A DNA stretch of 63,010 nt, filler included, from Rozella allomycis CSF55 (GCA_000442015.1; 6 parts of 6 records of this genome joined end to end with filler, not necessarily neighbours in it), one strand, 5' to 3'; positions 12,601-25,514 are shown, numbered from the whole stretch's first letter. Program-made: numbers and translations. The notes: generated by a model not told the origin, from the letters alone.

Positions 12601-13348
12601 AGTTAGAACCCCTCAAATGGGTGATAAATTCGCTAGTAGACACGGCCAGAAAGGAACTGTTGGTATCACTTACAGACAAGAAGACATGCCATTCACTGCT
12701 CAAGGTATTACTCCAGATATTATAATCAACCCCCATGCTATTCCATCTCGTATGACAATCGGCCATCTTGTAGAATGTTTACTTGGAAAAGTATCTGCAA
12801 TAACTGGTGACGAAGGTGACGCTACTCCCTTCACTGACGTAACTGTTGAATCTATTTCTGAAACACTCTTAAAATGCGGCTATCAATCAAGAGGCTTTGA
12901 AGTTTTATACAATGGCCACACTGGTCGCAAACTCAACGCCCAAATATTCATGGGTCCAACATACTACCAAAGATTAAAACATATGGTCGACGACAAGATT
13001 CACGCCAGAGCACGCGGTCCAGTTCAAATTCTTACTAGGCAGCCTGTAGAAGGGAGATCAAGAGACGGTGGTCTGCGATTTGGTGAGATGGAGCGCGATT
13101 GCATTATTGCTCATGGGGCATCTCAGTTTCTGAAAGAAAGACTTTACTATTCTTCTGATGCCTATCGTATTCATGTATGCGATATTTGCGGTTTGATGGC
13201 TATTGCGAATCTGAAAAAGGGTGTTTATGAATGCAAAGCCTGCAGGAATAAGACGAAAATCTCTCAGCTTAATGTTCCTTATGCGTTTAAACTCTTGTGC
13301 CAGGAGCTGATGAGTATGAATATCGCGCCTAGGTTGATGGTTCAGTAG
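9659..13348 (+). CDS. RPB2: RNA polymerase II second-largest subunit
   Basis: Canonical motifs [81 protein letters not shown]. About seven 26-31 nt introns. Confidence 0.99.
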
Positions 13349-13808
13349 TGTTTTGTTTATTACAATAAACTATTTTTAAGTTTGAATTTGAGATTTTTTT
13401 TCTTTAATTTAATTACAAAAGTTGTTAGGATATTACACCTTTTACCTTCTAAAACTTGATGATATAANAATAGATGTTAGATTCTGGATTCGATTCATGA
13501 CTTCTTAGGGCTCGGAATAGCAAAAACCACTAGTAATAGCATTAAATAAACAGGGTGCTATGTAATTAATTACAATAGTAGCTAGGATATTATACCTTTT
13601 ACCTTTTACCTTCTAAAACGTGATGATATAATTCTAGATAAATGAGATATAATTTCTATGAGATATAAATATAAAGATATATTCAATATATCAATTTCAA
13701 TTTGCATTTGTCTATTTTTAGCTTTTTTCTAAAAATTCTATATTCTATTTTTAGAAACATATAAATATATATAGAAATTTCCAAGAAAAATAATAAAAGT
13801 CACAGAAA

Positions 13809-15033
13809 ATGAAAGTCTCACAACTTGCTACCGCTTTTGTTCTCCTCCTCTCAGTAAAAGCAACATCCACTGGCATTTCAACGATAACTGGAACCGGAGT
13901 TGCTACAAGCAGTATTCCTGCCGATAGTGCAACAATCAGTTCTAACTCAGCCGCCAGTGAAGGTGCACCAACAATAGCTCATTCAACTACTAGTGCCCCT
14001 GCTTCGCCAGTAGAGAAATCCACGGAAACATCATACCGCGGCAAAACTGTTGCAACAAAGACACCGGAACTAGGTGTAACAACAACACCAGTATTGGATA
14101 CAACCACAGCCGCAACAACAACAGCACCGGCACCAAAGGAAACAAGTTCGCCTTTTCCTTTGTCGTCTGAAATTAAGACTATTGTTGAACAAACTGAAAG
14201 GAAAGCGTTGAAAAACATGAACACTATCGTTGCTGCTTATTTTGGTGCTGATCCAGTTGGTGTTTCCAATGTTATGAATTCCTTAGATCCATTATTGACA
14301 AGTTTATACAACGCACCTCTAAAAGTTCAACAAATGATCTTGTCTATCGTGAAAAACATTGTTTCACTCATTATAGAAAACTACAGAGCATTGATTGAAA
14401 ATTGGAAGTAAGTTTTTTGGTTTCTGTTTAAATAGAGTCACTGTATCTGGTTTGACAGGAGCCTTGATTCCTATTGTTGCCTACTATTATTTTTTGGAAT
14501 TTAAAGCTATTACTCAAAAAGAACCTACCAAAGTTCAACTCTCAGAAAAGGAAAAGAAGTTAGAGCCCAAATTAGTGAAAAAGACTGACAAAGATGCTAC
14601 ACCTGCCAAGCCCGAAGCTGAACATAGAGTAGATGAAGTTGTAAAGAAAGACATTGTCGTTGATGAAGCAAAAGCTGATGATGTCGATGAAAATATAACG
14701 AAAAGTGCTATCCAAGATGAAAGTGATGAACAANCTATTATTTTTTGGAATTTAAAGCTATTACTCAAAAAGAACCTACCAAAGTTCAACTCTCAGAAAA
14801 GGAAAAGAAGTTAGAGCCCAAGTTAGTGAAAAAGACTGACAAAGATGCTCCACCTGCCAAGCCCGAAGCTGAACATAGAGTAGATGAAGTTGTAAAGAAA
14901 GACATTGTCGTTGATGAAGCAAAAGCTGATGATGTCGATGAAAATATAACGAAAAGTGCTATCCAAGATGAAAGTGATGAACAAAGTGGTGGAGTTGGGG
15001 CTGCCGTTGTTGTGCCTGCAGTTTTTGGAGCTG
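13809..15033 (+). CDS. Orphan secreted Ser/Thr-rich, C-terminally anchored protein (paralog A)
   Basis: Signal peptide MKVSQLATAFVLLLSVKA, Thr-rich region, helical block, 28-nt intron at 14408-14435, acidic stalk, start of TM (GVGAAVVVPAVFGA). Contains an assembly duplication at n14734 and is cut at n15034. Confidence 0.75.
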
Positions 15034-15609
15034 NCCTTACTGGCAAATGAAGAATAGAATGAAGCAAAACCAAATGACAAATAGTTCTATACATAAATGC
15101 GAGCGAAGCGAATAAAACTGCTAGTATATTTAGTTATTGATTTATTTTTTAGAACTTTAAGCAGGACGGCGTTGCCTTTAACAATGAGGATATCAAAACA
15201 AAGTGAAGGTTCAAAGTTTCTAAAAGTAAAAGCATAATTACTTGATTCCTTTAATTTAATCATTAATGTTAAAGTATGATTTGTGGAACCAGAAGAGTTG
15301 TTGATCCGATGCTGTAATTAGCCAATGCCATTAGGACTTTTTAAGCCATCTTTTTCAGCATACAAAAAGGCGATCGAATGTACAAATTATGTAATCACGA
15401 ACTTTGGGAAAGTTTGATTGCAAATAGAGGCGACGTAGTAGTTAGAGTAATTAAGACATCAAAAATCAGATAATGAGCATTGGGAAAAGCGGGACTTTCT
15501 ATTTTTGATCATAATTTAAATATAGAGTCAAAAAATTCTATATTCTAATATTAGAAATTCTAAGTATATATATAGAAATTTCGAAAGAAAAAAATCAAAG
15601 CCACAGAAA

Positions 15610-16674
15610 ATGAAAGTCGCACAACTAGCAACAGCTTTTCTTCTCCTCGTTTCCGTAAAAGCAACTACGTCTTTAGCAACTTCAGCAACTGTTGCATCTC
15701 AAACACCAGTGGCGTCAACTGTGTCTAACACTTTAAGCCACACAGTTAGCACAGTCAGCACAGAACCTATTGTTCCAACCTATTCAACCGAAACTGAAGC
15801 TCCACAAACAACAGCTCCCATAGTTCCAAGCGTTCCTCCAAAGTGCCCCTGGACACAACCATCAAAAGATTTGGGTAACGCTAGCTATCAATTTGATTCT
15901 TCTGCAGTTCATTTAGGGAAGCCTACAGGTGCCATCCTCACAGATCTTCCAGAATTTACTAGAATCGATTATGCTTTTACACAATTGGGTGACGAAAAAA
16001 TGCGCGAAATCAATGATGCCATTGCAGACGCGCTTGGTGTTTGCCCAGCAGAGCTCCCCAGAATCAAGGCTGTTTCTGGTCCATTGATGATACGTTTAGA
16101 GAATGCATCTAGAGATGTTAAACAAGAATTTATGAAAATTGTGAATAGTATTGTATCACTACTTTTGGAAAGCTACAAAGCCTTAATTGAAAATTGGCAG
16201 TAAGATATTCTTTTTTGCTTTAATAGAATTTCCATCTCTGCATTGACATCAGTTGTTGTTCCTATTGTTGCTTACTATAATTCTTTGGAAGCAAAGTCTA
16301 TGGTTCAAGATGAGCCTCTCCAAGTGTCAGAAAAAGAAAAGAAATTAAAGCCTAAGACAGTTACAAAGCCAGTAGAAGAGATTGTTAAACCTACTGAACC
16401 CACTGAACCAACTAAACCTGTTGAGGCCACCAAACCTGTTGAGGCTGAAACTGAATCTGCAGAAGTTAACAATGTCCAAAATGACCAAGTTGTTGATGAG
16501 GCAAAGGCCAGTGAAGATAATGAAGATAACACTAAAATCACTCTTGAAGCTGAAGCTGAAAGTGAATCTGGAAGTGGTGTCAACGCTGCCGTCGTTGTCC
16601 CTGTAGTTATCGGAGCTCTTGGAGCCGTCGGAATCGGAGCATACGCCTACCAAAAACGCAGAAAGTCTAATTAA
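15610..16674 (+). CDS. Orphan secreted Ser/Thr-rich, C-terminally anchored protein (paralog B)
   Basis: MKVAQLATAFLLLVSVKA signal; 27-nt intron at 16200-16226 in the same position and phase as in paralog A; ends with TM AAVVVPVVIGALGAVGIGAYAY + QKRRKSN. Confidence 0.8.
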
Positions 16675-16880
16675 ATTCAGCATCTATAAATAAACATACA
16701 CTTATTTTCTTACATATTTTTAACTTTAAAAGTTGACTTGGCAAAGCTGACAACGTCCTTCATTCTGATTTCTGAGTAATTTTAAAGGTCTAAGGCAAAA
16801 CTCAAGGGGAAACATAACATGATACAGAGAAGACCAGATTAAAGAAATTTCGAAATTGCATTTTCATCATCCAGAACCAG

Positions 16881-19410
16881 ATGATAGCCAATTCGATGCG
16901 ATGCTTTGAATTAGTCAATTTCAGGCGATCTTTTTCATCATTGAACAAAAAGGTGATAGATTGTATATTGTTCTTAATCGTAGCACTTTGACAAAGTTCT
17001 GATTGCGAACAGAGGCGAAATAGCTGTTAGAGTAATAAAGACAGCAAAGAAGCTTGGAATTAAAACGGTCTCCATATATTCAGAACCTGATAGAGATTCA
17101 ATGCATGTTGGAATGGTACTGTTCAATTTAGGCGGTTTTAGGCAGATAATGCGTATTATGTGGGGAAAGCGCCATCAAAAGAAAGTTATTTGAACATGGA
17201 TAAGATAATTGAAATAGCTAAACTGTCTGGATCCCAGGTAGAGAGCATTATATGGAATTCAAGACAGGCTATTCATCCTGGATATGGTTTCTTGTCAGAA
17301 AACGCAAAGTTTGCAGACGCGCTTGAAAAAAACAGTAAGATGACTTTTATTCATATGATTAGATTTAACCTTTATAGGACCTCCTTCGTCTGCTATTCGA
17401 AGCATGGGATCTAAGAGGTTATGATGATATCTTTGCTTTAATTTAGTGAATCCAAAAGAATTATGATGGAAGCCAAAGTTCCGGTTGTTCCTGGCTATCA
17501 TGGCGAAAATCAAGATCCTCAATTTCTAAAAGAGCAAGCGGATTTAATTGGATATCCAGTATTGATTAAAGCAGTTTCTGGTGGAGGAGGCAAAGTAATT
17601 AAAGTTGCATAGAAGTTAGAGGGGATGAGAATAGTAGAAAGTTCTGAAGAGTTTTTTGATCAACTGGAATCATCCAAGAGAGAAAGTTTAAAGTCATTTA
17701 ATGATGATAAAGTTCTAGTTGAAAAATATTTAATGCAGCCAAGGTGTTATAAAATAGATTAAATAAACATAGACACGTAGAAGTCCAAATATTTGGAGAT
17801 AAATTTGGCAATGTAGTTCATTTATTTGAAAGAGACTGCAGCGTTCAAAGAAGACACCAGAAAATTATTGAAGAGGCACCAGCGCCAAATCTTTCGCCTG
17901 AAATTAGAAAGAAATTAGGAGAGCAAGCGGTTAATGCTGCAAAGGCTGTTAATTATGTTGGAGCTGGAACAGTAGAGTTTATAATGGACTCTAAAACAAA
18001 TGAATTCTACTTTATGGAGATGAATACCAGACTTCAAGTTGAACACCCAATATCTGAGATGATTACCGGCTTAGATTTTGTTGAATGGCAATTTTTAGTA
18101 CCCAAACTGTTACTATTTTGAAAGATCGCTTCTGGGAATCCTTTGCCTCTGAAACAAGAACAAATAAAGTTGAATGGACATGCTTTTGAAGCGAGAATTT
18201 ACGCTGAAAATCCTTCAAAGTAAATATTTGAACAATAAAGGAAAGTAACTTTCTTCCAGATACTGGAATTCTTAAATATTTACAAACCCCTAAACCTGAC
18301 AAAGACATTCGAATTGAGACCGGGGTTAGACAAGGTAAAAATGTCAATTAATATAAATAGGCGACACAGTTTCCGTCCATTATGATCCAATGATCGCCAA
18401 ATTAGCCGTGCATTCGTCTTCTAGAGATAGTGCATTGTCAATGTTGTTAAAATGCCTAAATGAATATAGGGTTAGACTATTTTAAATTTAACATTTAGAT
18501 TGTTGGAATGAATACAAATATTGATTTCTTAAAGGTTATTGCAAATCATCCAGAATTTAGAAACGGTAATGTTGAAACAGGGTTTATTCAAGTAATGTAA
18601 TTTCATTGTAATAAAAATGAAATTTAAAACGGATTTGCTTCCTCCAAAGGCGCCAATGGATTGTCACAATTTTGCGTTGGCGACAATGTCAATCTTATTG
18701 AATGAATCTAATGACTCTACAAAAAATGTTAAAGTTATTAATGATCCATATTCTCCATATTCATCGTTAAAGGGATGTAGATTTACAACCCCTTATTCCA
18801 GAATATTTGAATACGTTGATGTTGATGGAATTGTCACCGCCTATGTCACATACGATGAAGGCTCAATAAATTTAAAAGTAAATTCTTCACGAATATATTT
18901 TAAGATTGTATCACCAAGCAAGATTGAATCCGTTTATCACAATGTCCATGCTTCGTTTAACGAAAATAATGAAATCTTAATATTCCTAGACGGAGTAAAG
19001 CATCAAGTAAAAGTTGTTCCTGATAAAAATAAATTACATCTCTATGAAAATGTATCATGCATTCTTTACCTTTACATAGAATGAACACTCCATCATTGAA
19101 ATGGCTAAAAAGGTTCAATTGCATGATAACGAAACTAATCACACTTATAATAATTCTTTAGATTCACCAATGCCTTGCAAAATCTCATACATTAACGTTA
19201 AAAAAGGCCAGAAAGTCAAAAAAGGACAGACTCTGCTTGTTTTGGAAGCCATGAAAATGGAAGTATGCAATATATTAATCATTATATAAGCATAACATTA
19301 AATCTCCGTTTGATGGAACTGTCGATGAAATTTTTTATAACGTAGGCGACATGGTTGAAGAAAAGAAGCGCTTAATTCACATTCTTCCAGCGAATGAAGC
19401 AAAACAATAA
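16881..19410 (+). CDS. MCCC1: Biotin carboxylase/biotin carrier subunit, most like methylcrotonyl-CoA carboxylase alpha
   Basis: Spliced motifs [71 protein letters not shown], biotin site EAMKME. N-terminus resembles a mitochondrial presequence. Many short introns. Confidence 0.88.
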
Positions 19411-19448
19411 AAAACTATTAGAAAATAATATTTACATTCACATACTTA

Positions 19449-19664
19449 TTAAAAGTGAATCATTGATTTGCGAACGAACCCATGGGCCATGATGATGCTG
19501 AGCGGCCTTTTGTGTGCCCAGTAAAGATTATAATGTGTTATCGGATGGTGTACCTAGGTATACTTTTAATAAATTATCACAGTATGTAACAGTGACTCCA
19601 TCATAGACTCACGAAGTGTCTCGTCGCAGATCTTTCCTTTAAACCTTAGCAATGTTCTTTTCAT
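19449..19664 (-). CDS. Putative small two-exon protein (62 aa), absent from the ORF track
   Basis: ATG at 19664 and a 27-nt GT-AG intron (19554-19580) give MKRTLLRFKGKICDETLRESMMESLLHT|VHHPITHYNLYWAHKRPLSIIMAHGFVRKSMIHF*. Confidence 0.4.
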
Positions 19665-19771
19665 TATGCCTGAGATTGCAAATAACAAATGTAATATAAA
19701 TTTTAACGTTATTCACCCGTTTCCCGTAAAAATCCTGGTGATTTTTTCTGGTAATTTCCAAAACTTAGTAN

Positions 19772-20529
19772 GTCTTCAAAAACTAGCACAACTTAAAAAC
19801 CATCGCGTAAAAGCTTCTCTATGTTTAAATTAGGAAAAAATGCATCTGGAAAATTTAGAAGAAGTGAGAGCCGAAGAAGCTCGCAAGCGAGCTGGCCGGA
19901 TAAATTATGAGAAAATGGAAAGACAGCGACAAAAAGCTCTGAAATTAAAAGAAAAGATTGTAAAGTATTATATAATTAAGTACTAGGATGCCGAAGAGAA
20001 AGGAGAAGATCTGGAAAGACTTAAAATGCGAAAGTATACTATCGAGGAGATTGAGAAATGGAATGATAAAGAGAAGTTGCGGGAGAATCAAAAAGACCCA
20101 GGCTTTTCTGGTAAGGAGATGTTGGAAGTGGCATAGATTATCGACAAATGACCATCAGAAAATACGAAAAGTTGACGTCGAATATAAAGCCAGATTTGGA
20201 AACATATGAAAAGCAAAAAGCAGTTAATGGAATTAATGAGTATTTTGAAACAACAAACTCTTTAGCATACGATGCCATGAGTGCTGAAATTTCTTCTGCT
20301 TCTGTGGATAGAATGGTGTCAGATTTGAACAAGCAGTATTATATTCTTATTAAGCTGATATAGACTTGAAAAGAGAGAGAAATTTAGTAAAAGGAAGAGA
20401 CATGATGCAGAAAAGGAAGTCACGTATATTAATTCTAGAAATGAAACATTTAACAAGAAGATTGCCAGAAACTATGACATGTATACCAAGGAAATACGAG
20501 AAAACTTTGAAAGAGGGACTGCTTTATAA
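19772..20529 (+). CDS. SYF2: Pre-mRNA splicing factor Syf2 (5' end lost at n19771)
   Basis: Spliced GEDLERLK...DPGFSDYRQMTIRKYEKL...VTYINSRNETFNKKIARNYDMYTKEIRENFERGTAL*, the SYF2 C-terminal signature. Confidence 0.9.
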
Positions 20530-20563
20530 TAATGCCAGTGTATTTTATTTCAAATGGTAAACT

Positions 20564-20764
20564 CTAATACCTTAATATTACATAAAATGCATGTATTATT
20601 CCTTTTCTATATTTTTCTATTATGTTACCTGGAATGTATCCGAATATTGTTAGTAGAATGTTGATGATTAAATCTTTTCCAACTCCCTTTTCCATTAGAA
20701 CTCCTATTGGAGGTAATATTAAAGCGAATAGAAATTTAAAAAAGTCTGAGAAAGTGAGGGCCAT
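20564..20764 (-). CDS. PMP3: Plasma-membrane proteolipid Pmp3/RCI2 (UPF0057)
   Basis: FALILPPIGV...DLIINILLTIFGYIPG|IIHAFYVI, with an in-frame 27-nt intron. Confidence 0.92.
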   Translation of the reverse strand: MALTFSDFFKFLFALILPPIGVLMEKGVGKDLIINILLTIFGYIPGNIIEKYRKGIIHAFYVILRY

Positions 20765-20890
20765 ATGGGACGTTGCTTCATCGCAATATTTAAGGCCTGA
20801 AATACTTGAAGTTAATCAATGATATTTATCAATTGGATAAACTTTATAATATAGAGTATAAATGGCATTAAATAGATGCCATACGAACGG

Positions 20891-23156
20891 CTAGATATTT
20901 ATTCTAAATGTCTTTTTTATAAGTTCAAATAGTTTTTCAATGTCCAGAGTAATAAAATCAAGAAATAAGTTTTCTTTTGTATTTAATTTGAGTAATATTT
21001 CATCAAAAGTTATTTGACATGACGACAATGGATGCTCGAACCCTTTCCAAATGAATGAAGTCTATTACCTCTGTAGCTCAAATTTATATCAAGAGTACCG
21101 CTTTTAATTATTCTAATGTGTAAAAGTACATTGGATTTTCTGGTGTCAGGTATGGTTGAATTAATCAACACTCCAATTGAATTTAAATAACAAAGAGAAA
21201 ATATTTTCTCGCCATCCAGCATGTTCTGAAAAGTTTGCTCTCTAACATTGTTTAAATATAATTGATAAGTCTTGAGTTGTGATTTCAAAAATACGTTATG
21301 CTTTAAAATTGTTTCATGGACTTGAGTCAACGCCTGGTTTTCTTTTTCTAATGTTTCAATGAATATATTTGTGTTTTTGCTATTCATTTTAACAAAATAT
21401 ACCACTTGATCTTTAAAGGCATCTTTGGAAAGATAATAATCCAAGTGCATTTTCAAATTTGAATCTAGTATTGTGTGGTTTGCTATCACGTCTTCAATTG
21501 AAGATTTGTCTATATCGCCAATAGCAATATTACCATTTCGCAAAAGTCTGGTCAATAGCTTTACCAATTCTTGCAATAAAACTTCTTCAAAGTTATCGAA
21601 ATCTTTCTCATTAAAGAAAATTTATTTGTTACCTTTAGAGGTATCCCATTTGTTAACAATATCAATACTAATGCATTTGCTGTCTGCCCTCGGCACCGTT
21701 GGAGGTGAAGAGCCCAACTTGGTCATCAAGTCTATTAATGGATCGCTTGGGTTTTTAGCAATTTCCGCCAAATGTCTCTCAATCATTGAATGAAGTTCAT
21801 AAAGTTCATTTATTGTGATATTGACTCTCATTTCCTTAAAGGAATAGAGCTTTTGTGCATGCAAAGTACTTTCAAAATCTGCAACCCTACACAGTTGATT
21901 AAAAAAATCGAATAATAGTTCATTCTTTTCATCAACATATTGTTTAAATGGAAGCATATAAGATTCCTTGGAATAGCTTGGTTTGTTCGTCACGTATTGC
22001 AACAATTTCGCAATCTTTCATTTTTGTTCTAGATTTTTACCAAAATCAAGGTTCTTTGGCTTTGACTGTTTGGCTTCTCATTCACAAGAAAAAAGCACTG
22101 CGGAGTTATTATCGCTGGATTTACAAATCTCAAAATGAAAAATGCTCCGATTAGTTGATTTTCATTCTCAACTGTAATATTGGGATACAAAGCCTTCTAT
22201 GAATCAACTAATATATTTACTTTTGCATGTTCTCTAATTATTTTGCATAACCATTTGATGCCATTAGGAATACTGTCAATGGAATTTGTAATGTTTTCTA
22301 CTATTTCTGCAGTTATCTCCTTCAAGATTCTAACACTTTAAATTAATTTTGTATCAAAAATAGGCCACAAAAAGGATATGATCATCTAAATTAATTTCAT
22401 TCATATTTCCAATAGATTTGATCTAGTCTTTTCTTCATAATCTATTTACCTTGGACTTGTCAATTTCAAGGTCCAAATTGTGATTAGAAATCACCTTTTT
22501 TAAAGGTTCTGAAAGAACATTTTTCAAATAATTCTGGCCTTTTCCTCTTCTATATTATAGGAAAATGCAATAGACTAACCTTGTAAATGTTATCAGTAGC
22601 TTTAATGCAGGGCTATTTTCTCGTAACAAGTTATTGAAACCTATTTCTTCTTTCATCTGATAAACTAGCGTGCTTTTCAACAGTGAAAGCAATAATAATT
22701 CCTCTCTCTGTTCGTACTGATTTCCATACAATGTAAAATTGACAAGTTGAACAAGGGAATCCATGTCAGAGTGGGACAGATACTTAGTCAACTCGAAAAG
22801 GTAAGTAGTTTCTGTTTGTAATAGGAAAAGTAGACTTCCATAAAGCTTAATTAATGTAAATTTAACACGGTACTTGCTTCTTTTCATCTGTCAAAATTTC
22901 GTTAGAATGCAAATCAATGTTCTTGCTTCTCGCACCTTTGTCATTAAACTAATTGATAATAAAACGATTTCGTGGTTACACGTGATTGATTTTTTTGTAT
23001 GACAGCCCCAATGCGTTGGTCAAGGCCACGAACTTCCTTTTCTAACAAGTAATTGATTTTAGACTTTTCTGATATACTTTTCTTTAGTCTTTCATTTTCT
23101 AATTCCACTACTCTAATTCAAAATAAATTTGTACATAAATCTAGGCTCTGTGTCAT
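20891..23156 (-). CDS. Ras GTPase-activating protein (Gap1/Sar1, IQGAP-related GRD + RasGAP_C)
   Basis: NYLLEKEVRGLDQRIGL, LYGSLLFLLQTE, FTLYGNQYEQREELLLL, Arg-finger LLRENS and signature FFILRFVNPAIITP. Multiple short introns. Confidence 0.85.
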
Positions 23157-23239
23157 TGCAGCTATGCCACAATGATTCAATCGGAAAGCTCGCCGATTGT
23201 AAGTTCGAGTATTTACATATTTTTATTTTCATCGTTGCC

Positions 23240-23998
23240 ATGAATGTGTCAGACCTATTGGAAGATTTAATTGAAAGTACCACATAGTACACTAAGAAAT
23301 AGTCAATCTTTCATCTGTTCCCAATGATTTTAATCAAAGTTTATCATTTCTTGCATCTCGTGAAGCTGAATTTGAAGGTAATTCAATCAATGACACATTA
23401 GAGATTCAGCGATGAAATATTCTGAATTAATCTATAAAGCCCTACAGCACATTAAAGTGGGAGAATTCAAAAATGAAAGCGTGTCTGGTCCATCTGACTC
23501 TCACATAATTAAGGCAAAGGTTGAAGGGGAAAAGTACTTTGAAGATGCCCTTAATGCGATCAATGAAAAGATAAGTACTGGCGACGCAGCCTTCAAGGCA
23601 GTATATATCTATTTTGATCGTGATAAGTTTAACAAGGTATTGCAAAACATTGATGAAGAGTTGATTAAAGCAAATATTGATGCTATTCCTGAGCAATCAG
23701 AAAAAGAAATTAAAAGTAACAAACTCAAGCGTCTTTTTCAGGCAACTACAAGAGGAAAAAAAGTGGGAATCTGTCCACTAATGAAACGGATGTTTATTGT
23801 ATTTGCCAACAAGTAAGTCGAAAACACTGCACGAAATAGCCGTCATATGGTGAAATGATTGGTTGTGATGGTGAAAGTTGTTCCAAAGAATGGTTTCATT
23901 ATGATTGCGTCGGGTTGACTAAACCGCCTGTTGGAAAGTGGTATTGCACTGAATGCCTATATGATCGAATGTATTCAAAAATAAATATGAGAAAATAA
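23240..23998 (+). CDS. ING-family chromatin protein with C-terminal PHD finger
   Basis: N-terminal [23 protein letters not shown]-terminal [46 protein letters not shown]. Four 26-27 nt introns. Confidence 0.9.
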
Positions 23999-24149
23999 TG
24001 TAATTCATAGCATGTACTTTGTTGGATTAACTCAGTTTTAATTAATGCAGATTAAAGAGCAGGAAAAATATGTGCTTTCTATTTTGTGCGTGTTAGAGAT
24101 TATGACATTTAAAGTTCGAACCTCAGAGTAGAACATTTGTTAACTTACN

Positions 24150-25262
24150 TGACATTAAAGTAATGTATCAAGATTCCCATTCCAGTAGTCACCGGATCAG
24201 ACTTTCCCATTCTATCAAACACAATATTTATAATAGACTAAATAAAGTTTCAATGTACTGGTTACAATTATGATTTTATATACACAATAAACAGAAAAGA
24301 TATAACCCAAAAAGTTGTAATATTGCCCTTTCCATGATTTCGCAAATAAGAGCCTTTCCTTCTCTGCGTACATTTCATCCAACTCTAAATAAATTTGCTC
24401 GGATAATATCAACAAAGCATCAACTTCCTTTCTTAATTGATCTATGCCTTATAAATTGTATTAAGATGTCATACTCCCAGTTGTAGAAAACTTAGACTGT
24501 ATTGTAGACAACATACGGGTGAAGAAACCATTATCTAAATTTCTACCGTCTTCAATTTCCTATATATCTTGACATAAATTGGTACCCTTGAGAGGCTCCA
24601 TATTCTTTTCTTTTTAGAGAAAATCATTTCTAGAGTGTGATTATACTTTTTCTCGCATTGATGAATCTCGAATTGAGTAACAGGCTTTAAGAAATAAGCC
24701 AGTGAAGTGTATGGGGCATTAACAGCTCCGAATCCAGACAATATCGCCATTAGAGTAACACCGACTATACTTATGCGACTCATACCAGGTTCAAGGGAAA
24801 ATATACCAATTATATTCATTAATTGGACTTACCTGATTCTCTTGATAGTATAGGAAACGGTTGGCCAATCTTCCAAAAAACATACATATAGAATAAGTAT
24901 ATCAAAAATGTGAGCCTAAAAGCATATGTCTTGTTTTCTGAAGGGGAATTCACCACAAATGAGACAACAATAATGTAGATTTGGTACCATGGAAGTAAAA
25001 CAATCGTCAAGAATTGCAATCCATACAGCGTTACTTTCCAATAAAACCATCTCAAATCTCTACTGAATATATCTAAAATCTCGCAAATGATTAATTCAAA
25101 CAAAATGCAAGATAACGAAAATGTAGTCGAAAAGAAAATTTGGAGCTTGAAATCTTGAGCTTCAAAATTCCTGAATAACTTTTTCATGAAGAAAACCCAT
25201 CCAAATGCAAAGAAAAATAGTTGATTTGAAACCAGCAGCACCGCCTCCGTTAAAAAGTACAT
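24150..25262 (-). CDS. GPR89: Golgi pH regulator GPR89/GPHR (3' end lost at n24149)
   Basis: QLFFFAFGWVFFMKKLF, FSTTFSLSCILFELIICEI, SRISIVGVTLMAILSGFGAVNAPY, KGQYYNFLGYIFSVYCVYKI, DPVT. Confidence 0.92.
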
Positions 25263-25383
25263 AAGAGGCTTGGCTTTTGTGGCATTAATTGGTTCAAAGT
25301 TAAGTACTAGTCATTTGTAATTAATGTGAGTTAAAAAAATATCTAAACGCGCCGGGATTTCAAGCCACCGATTTTTTTATCGC

Positions 25384-25458
25384 ATGCCCTCTTTTGTTTG
25401 TGAAAGTTGTCAAGAAACTCTGAAGAAAGGGAAACTGGATCAACATAAAAGTAGATGC
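25384..25458 (+). CDS. LYAR: LYAR-type C2HC zinc finger protein, 5' fragment
   Basis: MPSFVCESCQETLKKGKLDQHKSRC matches the LYAR N-terminal MVxFxCxxCxxxxKKxKxxxH pattern. Cut by a scaffold gap. Confidence 0.75.
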
Positions 25459-25502
25459 NNNNNNNNNNNNNNNNNNNNNNNNNNNNNNNNNNNNNNNNNN
25501 NN

Positions 25503-25514
25503 TTAATTAATTAA
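25503..25514. other. Artificial scaffold linker TTAATTAATTAA inside N runs (also 35435-35446, 55124-55135, 57745-57756, 59746-59757)
   Basis: Identical all-frame-stop 12-mer flanked by N runs, five times. Confidence 0.95.

Noticed and set aside
19489..19673. Box C/D snoRNA (ATGATGA...CTGA) on the + strand
   Set aside because: No terminal stem or recognisable rRNA guide, and a spliced minus-strand ORF explains the region better.
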